Positions 58,093 to 64,000 of a stretch of DNA of 64,000 nt are shown here, piece after piece. Position 1 is the first letter of the stretch, and the number at the start of each line of letters is the position of its first letter. The notes under the pieces are model-generated. The model did not search any database. It was given only the letters and a program-made list of their open reading frames with translations, and was not told where the DNA came from. A program made the translations under genes and the position numbers. The DNA comes from an uncultured Synergistaceae bacterium (GTDB taxonomy: Bacteria; Synergistota; Synergistia; Synergistales; Synergistaceae), in assembly GCA_964482015.1 (NCBI GenBank), contig CAYZYF010000002.1, positions 26,639 to 90,638 of the forward strand, in the 5' to 3' direction.

Positions 58093-59333
58093 CGGTAAAA
58101 CTTTACAGGAACGCCAGGATCTTCACTCCCATAGATCCCGGACATCCCCTCAAGGGAAAGGGGCAGGGAAACGTAACGGAATTTGTCCGCGGAGCTATGC
58201 TCGCCGCCAACGGGCTTATCGAGGCTATAGGCGAAGAGGATCAAGTCCTTGAGGGACTCTCCCCCAAATCTGTGGACGAAGAAAGGGATATGGAGGGTGC
58301 GTGCGTCATCCCCGGGTTCGTAGATCCCCACACCCACCTATGCTTTGCCAAAAGGCGCGAGGACGAGTTCAAGATGCGTCTGGAGGGGCTCCCCTATCTT
58401 GAGATCCTTAAACGGGGCGGCGGCATACTCTCATCGGTCAAGGCCGTGAGGGCAGCTACTGAAGAGGAGCTCTTCCACAACACAAAAAGGCTTGCAATGT
58501 CGGCTCTGCGGAAAGGCACGACGACAGTCGAGATCAAAAGCGGCTATGGACTCGACCTGGACCTTGAGATGAAGATGCTCAGGGTGATAGAGAGGATATC
58601 GAGGGAGACCCCGCTCGACGTTGTGCCGACCTTTATGGGCGCGCACGCGGTCCCGACGGAGTACAAGGACCGTTCCGACGATTTCGTTGACCTTGTCATA
58701 TCGGAGATGCTGCCCAAGGTCAAAGAACAGGGCATCGCCGAATTCTGTGACATTTTCTGCGAAGAGGGAGTCTTCTCCGTGGACCAGAGCAGAAGGATCT
58801 TAAAAGCGGCAAGAGACATGGGCTTTGAGCTAAAGATCCATGCGGACGAGGTCCATGATCTGGGAGGGGCTGGGCTTGCCGCCGAACTGGGGGTAAGATC
58901 TGCCGAACACCTGCTAGCCGCGAGCGAAGAAAACCTTCGCGCCATGGGCAAGGCGGGCTCCATAGCCGTTCTTTTGCCGGCGACGGCTTACAGCCTTAAA
59001 AAAACCTATGCAAGGGGCAGGGATATGGTTGACTGGGAGGTGCCTGTCGCACTGGCTACAGACTGCAACCCCGGATCCTGCTTCTGCGAGTCGATGCCCT
59101 TCATATTCGGGCTCGGCGTTATGAAGATGGACATGACGATTGAGGAGGCGCTGGTCGCTTCTACCCTCAACGCCGCATACGCCATCAACAGGCAGCACAG
59201 GGCAGGGAGCCTTGAAAAAGGCAAGCAGGCCGATTTCCTTGTGCTAGACGGAGAGACGCCGACAGCGATCGCCTACCACGCCGGCGACACGTCGGTTCTT
59301 GAGGTCCATAAGCGTGCGGAGCGGGTAGCCTGA
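58089..59333 (+). CDS. hutI: Imidazolonepropionase
   Basis: PGFVDPHTH, GGGILS, EIKSGYG, AHAVP, HADE, ATDCNPG. Confidence 0.96.
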   Translation: MTVKLYRNARIFTPIDPGHPLKGKGQGNVTEFVRGAMLAANGLIEAIGEEDQVLEGLSPKSVDEERDMEGACVIPGFVDPHTHLCFAKRREDEFKMRLEGLPYLEILKRGGGILSSVKAVRAATEEELFHNTKRLAMSALRKGTTTVEIKSGYGLDLDLEMKMLRVIERISRETPLDVVPTFMGAHAVPTEYKDRSDDFVDLVISEMLPKVKEQGIAEFCDIFCEEGVFSVDQSRRILKAARDMGFELKIHADEVHDLGGAGLAAELGVRSAEHLLAASEENLRAMGKAGSIAVLLPATAYSLKKTYARGRDMVDWEVPVALATDCNPGSCFCESMPFIFGLGVMKMDMTIEEALVASTLNAAYAINRQHRAGSLEKGKQADFLVLDGETPTAIAYHAGDTSVLEVHKRAERVA

Positions 59334-59359
59334 GTCGTCATAGGAAGAGATGCGAAGAG

Positions 59360-59399
59360 AAAAAGGTCCGGGCCGAAATGAGTAGGTCCGGACCTTTTT
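59360..59399. terminator. Bidirectional terminator between hutI and queA
   Basis: AAAAAGGTCCGG...CCGGACCTTTTT. Confidence 0.85.
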
Positions 59400-59408
59400 A
59401 GATGATTC

Positions 59409-60464
59409 TCAGCGGATAAACATGGAATCTCCGAAGGAAAAGAAACGGTATCGGAGTTCAACGGCCTCCCTGTAGGCCTCCATCATGTTCGAATAGCCGC
59501 CGAAGGCAGAAACCAGCATCAAGAGGGTGCTCTTTGGAAGATGATAGTTGGTGATCAGTCCGTCCGTCACTTTGAACTCGAACCCGGGCGTTATAAAAAG
59601 TCCTGTATCAAGACTTCCCGGCCTGATTTCCCCGTACCTGAGAGCGAAAGACTCAAGGGTCCTGACGACGGTGGTGCCTACAGCAAGCACCCTTCCTCCC
59701 GCCCTTTTCGTATCCCTTATTTTCTCCGCCGCCTGCTCCGAGATCTCGCACATTTCGCTGTGCATAATGTGTTCTCCGATATTTTCGGACTTTACCGGAC
59801 GGAAGGTCCCAAGTCCGACCCTCAGAGTCACATAGGCCTCCTCCACCCCTCCGGCCCTGATCTCGGAAAGAAGCTCATCCGTGAAATGCAGGCCGGCGGT
59901 CGGAGAAGCCACGGAATTTTCCTTGTCGAGCCTCGAATAAACGGTCTGATAACGTTCGGGCTCGGCTTTGCTCTCGGTTATGTAAAGAGGAAGCGGCGTG
60001 CGGCCGTATGCGTGGATCAGATCGACAGGCTCATGCTCCGGCGAAAAATAGATCTTCCTTACCCCGTCCTCAAGATGTTCTCCGACGACGACCTCATCTT
60101 TTTCGCCGAGGACTACTCGTGTGCCCTCTTTAAGTTTTCTTCCGGGTCTGACGAGAGCTTTCCAGCAATTCGGATCCTCTCCCGGAGAAAGAAAAAATAT
60201 TTCAACCCTTGCTCCTCCGGCTTTCTTCAGGCCGGGCACCCTGGCCGGCAGGACCCTTGTGTCGTTCATAACCAGGAGGTCACCCTCCTGAAGATAGTTT
60301 TTTATCCTCCTGAAGATGGTATGCTCTCTCTCCCCCGTATCTTTCTGCACCACAAGGAGACGCGATGAGTCTCTCGGTTCAGCGGGATCCTGGGCTATAA
60401 GTTCTTTTGGGAGATCATAAAAAAAAGTAGATGCTTTTGAAAAGTCGGGGCTTACGGTGTTCAA
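59409..60464 (-). CDS. queA: SAM:tRNA ribosyltransferase-isomerase
   Basis: LIAQDP, NDTRV, YQTVY, PTAGLHF, VGTTVVR, TNYHLPKSTL, FFSFGD. Confidence 0.96.
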   Translation of the reverse strand: MNTVSPDFSKASTFFYDLPKELIAQDPAEPRDSSRLLVVQKDTGEREHTIFRRIKNYLQEGDLLVMNDTRVLPARVPGLKKAGGARVEIFFLSPGEDPNCWKALVRPGRKLKEGTRVVLGEKDEVVVGEHLEDGVRKIYFSPEHEPVDLIHAYGRTPLPLYITESKAEPERYQTVYSRLDKENSVASPTAGLHFTDELLSEIRAGGVEEAYVTLRVGLGTFRPVKSENIGEHIMHSEMCEISEQAAEKIRDTKRAGGRVLAVGTTVVRTLESFALRYGEIRPGSLDTGLFITPGFEFKVTDGLITNYHLPKSTLLMLVSAFGGYSNMMEAYREAVELRYRFFSFGDSMFIR

Positions 60465-60476
60465 AAATATCCTCCC

Positions 60477-61946
60477 TTACTGTCCCAGTGTCGTTCCCGG
60501 AAAATAATAGAGCAGGATCCGCTCGAAAGTCCAGCCCCTCTCCGCCATGGCCATAGCCCCTCTTTGCGAGAGGCCGACACCGTGACCGGCTCCCCTTCCA
60601 TAGATCGTAACGACGGATCCTGAGGCCGGAGTCATGGAGAGGTTAGCTGTAAAGTCAAATTCAGGCGACTCAGTCATGCCTGAGGCACGTGTTCCATTGC
60701 CCGGGGATGCGGGCTGAGGCATGGGGAGGCGGCCTTCGGCCCGGGCCGTCCCTGTCTCGATGTACCTGTCTATCTCATCCGGTTTTGAGAGGATCTCCAT
60801 GAGTTCCAGCGTGGTAAAGACGCTCTTTTTAGTGAGCCAGACAACCTTTTCCTCTTTGTCATCGGGCATGCCGGTAAGATCTATTTTTGTGCCGGCAGGC
60901 ATGGCCGTTTCCGGCGCCGCGTTTGGGAAGGCAGCAGAGGGAGAAGTTGTTCTTTTGAGGGGCTCGGCGGCATAGGGCGAACGTGTCCCGAACTCGAATA
61001 GTGTGCTTTTAATCCTTCCCGGTCCTATGATGTTTCTGAAAGCATATCCTGTGATCTCTTTTTTACCGGAGGTGCCTTCTATTTCCAGCTTCAACAAGCG
61101 GCCTGAGGCGTCTCTCTTTGTCGGTCTCAGAACCTTTATGCTTCCTGTGTATACTCCGGCGGCGGAAAGTGCGGATTCGACTGAGGAGATGGGGAGCGAG
61201 AGCTCCCAAAGGGTGTTGGGCCCTTTATAAGCGACCGGTTCGGGCTTCGGTATCAGGTAAGGGATGGCTCCTCCCCACACGGCGGCGGACGAGGTGACCA
61301 TGCCGCCGCTGTCAGAATGGTAATATACGCTTGCCGGAGCCCCGCTCCACCTGAGGATCAGGCCGGCTGTCTCTTTAAGCATCCTGTCGGCGACAGGGTC
61401 TTCTCCGGCGACGCCCTTATAGACCTGACAATGATAAGAATCACACAGGTCGTCATCACCGTGCTTTCCGCTTGTTGCTGCGGCATAAGTCCGGGCGAGC
61501 ACACACTGTGCCTTTACGGCTTCAGCCGGCCCTCTAGTATCCATTTCAGACCTCACAACGCCGCGCAGATACTGCTCGAGGTCTATCAAGTTCGAGATCT
61601 TGAATCCATTTTGTGTTTTTTTGATGATGAAAGATCCGCGGTAGGCTCTTCCGTCCCGGCTGATGGGGGCGTCCGATGTGACCCTGACCGGGAGCCTGAG
61701 GAGAGTATTCCCCACACTGATGCCGCCCTCTCCCCTGTGCCTGAAATTATGGGCACCGGAGAGTCGGATCTCCTTGCCGTTCCCGTCGGTTATGAGCATG
61801 GCCGAGCCGGAAATGACCGTGCTTTGAAGGTCGTTTGCGATGCGGACATATATCTCCTTCTCGGCGGAGATGGAGGGAGCCTGCAGGAACAGACAGAAAA
61901 AACAGGTTAGAATAGAAAAATAGGGCAGTTTTTTTAACGAAACCAT
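60477..61946 (-). CDS. SpoIID/LytB-domain secreted lytic transglycosylase
   Basis: Signal peptide; LEQYLRGVV.SEM, KAQ..ARTY, CQVY.G, YHSDSGG, GHGVGLSQ.GA, IL.YYFPG. Confidence 0.9.
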   Translation of the reverse strand: MVSLKKLPYFSILTCFFCLFLQAPSISAEKEIYVRIANDLQSTVISGSAMLITDGNGKEIRLSGAHNFRHRGEGGISVGNTLLRLPVRVTSDAPISRDGRAYRGSFIIKKTQNGFKISNLIDLEQYLRGVVRSEMDTRGPAEAVKAQCVLARTYAAATSGKHGDDDLCDSYHCQVYKGVAGEDPVADRMLKETAGLILRWSGAPASVYYHSDSGGMVTSSAAVWGGAIPYLIPKPEPVAYKGPNTLWELSLPISSVESALSAAGVYTGSIKVLRPTKRDASGRLLKLEIEGTSGKKEITGYAFRNIIGPGRIKSTLFEFGTRSPYAAEPLKRTTSPSAAFPNAAPETAMPAGTKIDLTGMPDDKEEKVVWLTKKSVFTTLELMEILSKPDEIDRYIETGTARAEGRLPMPQPASPGNGTRASGMTESPEFDFTANLSMTPASGSVVTIYGRGAGHGVGLSQRGAMAMAERGWTFERILLYYFPGTTLGQ

Positions 61947-62158
61947 CGTGATAAAACGTTTAAAATTACAGTAATAATAATGCTGACTACGATCATGGTG
62001 CCAAATGGCGCGAAGACCGTAATGTTTTTTTTCTGGTAGGTGATATCGCCCGGAAGGTTTCCAAACGGCAGACCGAGGCGTCCCGCAACGATCAGGACCA
62101 GTCCGGCGAAAGCGATAAAGAGTCCCGCCGCTATCATCATCTTCCCTATTTGCTGCAT
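61934..62158 (-). CDS. DUF2905-family small membrane protein
   Basis: Two TMs around GNLPGDI; ruvB-DUF2905-spoIID-queA context. Confidence 0.85.
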   Translation of the reverse strand: MQQIGKMMIAAGLFIAFAGLVLIVAGRLGLPFGNLPGDITYQKKNITVFAPFGTMIVVSIIITVILNVLSRWFR

Positions 62159-63210
62159 TCCTGATCCTCCTCAGGCAGGAGCAGCATCTGCTGATACTGG
62201 ATAAACCTCGAAGATACCGGTATTTTGAGGTAGTCCCATGTAGTCCTGGTCGCCTTTCTGCCTCGGGGTGTCCTCTCAAGAAGACCCTTTTGGATGAGAT
62301 AAGGCTCATAGATATCCTCTATGGTCTGAGTATCCTCGTTCAAGGCGGCGGCAAGGGTGGAGAGTCCCACAGGCCCTCCGTCAAAGAGTTCCACTAGCGC
62401 AAGCAGGAATTTTCTGTCCCCTTCATCAAGGCCCTCCGAGTCGACGCCGAGCATATCAAGCGCAAATTTTGAGAGCTCCCTTTCAACAATATTTGCCTTT
62501 TTCACCTCTGCGACATCCCTGACTCTTTTGAGAAGCCTGAGAGCCACTCTGGGCGTTCCTCTGGAGCGGAGGCCGATCTCTACCGCAGCATCCTCAGATA
62601 TTCTGACCCCCAGGACCTCTGCCCCACGCTTGACTATGGCTGTGAGCTCGTCCGGAGTATAAAGGGTAAGCTGCTCGACGATCCCAAACCTTGCCCTAAG
62701 CGGCGATGTCAGAAGGCCGAGCCTGGTGGTCGCCCCGATAAGGGTGAACTTCGGAAGCGAGAGTCTTATGCTGCGCGCCAAGGGCCCCTTGCCTACTATT
62801 ATTGAGAGGGAGAAATCTTCCATAGCCGGATAGAGGATCTCTTCGATGTGCGCGGACATCCTGTGGATCTCATCGATAAAGAGCACATCGTTGGGCTGCA
62901 CGTTGGAGAGGATCGCCGCCAGGTCTCCCGCCCTTTCAAGGGCGGGCCCGGTGGTGACCCTGAGGTTTCCCTTCATTTCTTTCGCGATTATTCCGGCGAG
63001 AGTAGTTTTACCCAAACCGGGCGGACCGTAGAAAAGTGTGTGATCGAGGGGCTCCGCGCGCTGAAGCGACGCGGTCATAAAGATGGTCAGCTTGTCCTTA
63101 AGCGCTCCCTGTCCGATAAATTCACAGAGAGCCTGAGGCCTGAGCGTGAATACTTCTTCCTCTTTGTCGTTTTTTATCTGTTCTATAAGCTTATCGCCGG
63201 TAGTTTCCAT
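62146..63210 (-). CDS. ruvB: Holliday junction helicase RuvB
   Basis: LRP, GPPGLGKTT, FIDEIHR, GATTR, RGTPR, EPYL. Confidence 0.98.
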   Translation of the reverse strand: METTGDKLIEQIKNDKEEEVFTLRPQALCEFIGQGALKDKLTIFMTASLQRAEPLDHTLFYGPPGLGKTTLAGIIAKEMKGNLRVTTGPALERAGDLAAILSNVQPNDVLFIDEIHRMSAHIEEILYPAMEDFSLSIIVGKGPLARSIRLSLPKFTLIGATTRLGLLTSPLRARFGIVEQLTLYTPDELTAIVKRGAEVLGVRISEDAAVEIGLRSRGTPRVALRLLKRVRDVAEVKKANIVERELSKFALDMLGVDSEGLDEGDRKFLLALVELFDGGPVGLSTLAAALNEDTQTIEDIYEPYLIQKGLLERTPRGRKATRTTWDYLKIPVSSRFIQYQQMLLLPEEDQECSK

Positions 63211-63232
63211 TCTCTGTCTCCGTGACCTTCAC

Positions 63233-63838
63233 TCAATTCCTGCGCAGGAGGTTAAGTGAAGCCCTTAAAAGTTCTTCCTCAGAGAGAGGCGCATCGGACC
63301 CCGCCTCCGTCTTCGATTTTGTGATCGCGCGCACGGATTCTCCCTGTGAGAAGCCCAGTCCGAGAAGGGCCTCCAAGACAAAGGTGTCCGACGAACCTTC
63401 TGTTCCCTCTTTTTCGCCTGCGGCACCGATCGCACCAAATTTTTTGGCAATTTTATTTTTAAGTTCAAAGCATATCCGCTCCGCCCGTTTTGCTCCAAGG
63501 CCGGGCACAGTCAGCATGGCACAGTCTCCCGCAGAGATCGCGCTGAGGATCTGATCGGCGTCCAGGTGTCTCAAAAGGGTCACCGCCAGTTTCCCTCCTA
63601 TGGTCTTTACCTGCAGGAGCTCCGTGAAGAGGAGCCGCTCCCTCTCGTCTGAAAAACCGAAGAGGCTGGCTCCGGCATCGCTCAGCTGCATGTAGGCAAA
63701 ACAAAAGAGATCTTCGGAGAGGGAGGCCATGGAGATAAGCGTGCCTGATGCAAATACCTCCAGGCCAAAGCCGGAGACGTCCACTACAAGGCTCTCTTCG
63801 CCTATAGAAATTACTTTACCCCGCAGAGAATTGATCAT
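63233..63838 (-). CDS. ruvA: Holliday junction DNA-binding protein RuvA
   Basis: MINSLRG, LFGF, HhH motifs IGGK and VPGLGAK.AERI, ALLGLGF. Confidence 0.95.
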   Translation of the reverse strand: MINSLRGKVISIGEESLVVDVSGFGLEVFASGTLISMASLSEDLFCFAYMQLSDAGASLFGFSDERERLLFTELLQVKTIGGKLAVTLLRHLDADQILSAISAGDCAMLTVPGLGAKRAERICFELKNKIAKKFGAIGAAGEKEGTEGSSDTFVLEALLGLGFSQGESVRAITKSKTEAGSDAPLSEEELLRASLNLLRRN

Positions 63839-63840
63839 GA

Positions 63841-64000
63841 CTACATTCCTCTTGATATATTTTTGTCAAAAGACGACATTGAAAGTCCGGCGATCGCAAT
63901 AGCCAAGGCATCCGCCGCGTCGTCCGGACTCGGATTGCGCGAAAGTCCGAGCAAATTTGCGACCATGCCCTGCACCTGACTTTTTTCCGCTGCCCCATAT
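63841..64000 (-). CDS. ruvC: Crossover junction endonuclease RuvC, C-terminal fragment (truncated by window)
   Basis: Manual translation: [31 protein letters not shown]; upstream of ruvA. Confidence 0.92.
   Translation of the reverse strand, partial: YGAAEKSQVQGMVANLLGLSRNPSPDDAADALAIAIAGLSMSSFDKNISRGM

Noticed and set aside
61947-62309. N-terminal 121 aa of the 610-aa spoIID ORF call
   Set aside because: It overlaps ruvB and DUF2905; the signal peptide begins at ATG 61946.
1-64000. CRISPR arrays, tRNA/rRNA genes, IS elements, prophage or defence genes
   Set aside because: None seen: coding density is very high with housekeeping genes, and intergenic gaps are short, without repeat-spacer or cloverleaf patterns.

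Overview
A 64 kb core-chromosome segment from an anaerobic bacterium. Synergistota (Cloacibacillus/Synergistes-like) is my inference from protein style and gene order and is not verified. 1-31945 (+) is one co-oriented run: the dcw cluster (ftsI', TWO tandem murE, murF, mraY, murD, ftsW, murG, murC, murB, ftsQ-like, ftsA, ftsZ), a radical SAM gene, a SPOR protein, Mo/W-cofactor genes (moeA x2, moaA, moaC, mogA), rapZ-yvcK-whiA, a divergent glycogen-debranching-like gene and gap-pgk-tpiA. 32095-48790 is mostly (-): rplU-rpmA-obg-nadD-LCP-rsfS-HIT, xseB-ispA-dxs-tlyA-nadK-recN, rpmB (+) and mltG-DUF4911-tldD-ftsK. The rest holds a class V aminotransferase-serA operon, an EamA gene, a divergent folate-dependent hut cluster and ruvC'-ruvA-ruvB-DUF2905-spoIID-like-queA. 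I saw no rRNA, tRNA, CRISPR, IS or prophage. Two top findings: (1) an unannotated 42-aa Ser-rich leader peptide with mutually exclusive antiterminator and terminator helices upstream of the serine biosynthesis operon, i.e. a candidate serine-sensing ribosome-mediated attenuator; (2) a tandem murE paralog that keeps the ATP and amine-binding residues but has lost both carboxylate-binding arginines, suggesting a peptidoglycan ligase with a non-standard (possibly diamine) substrate.
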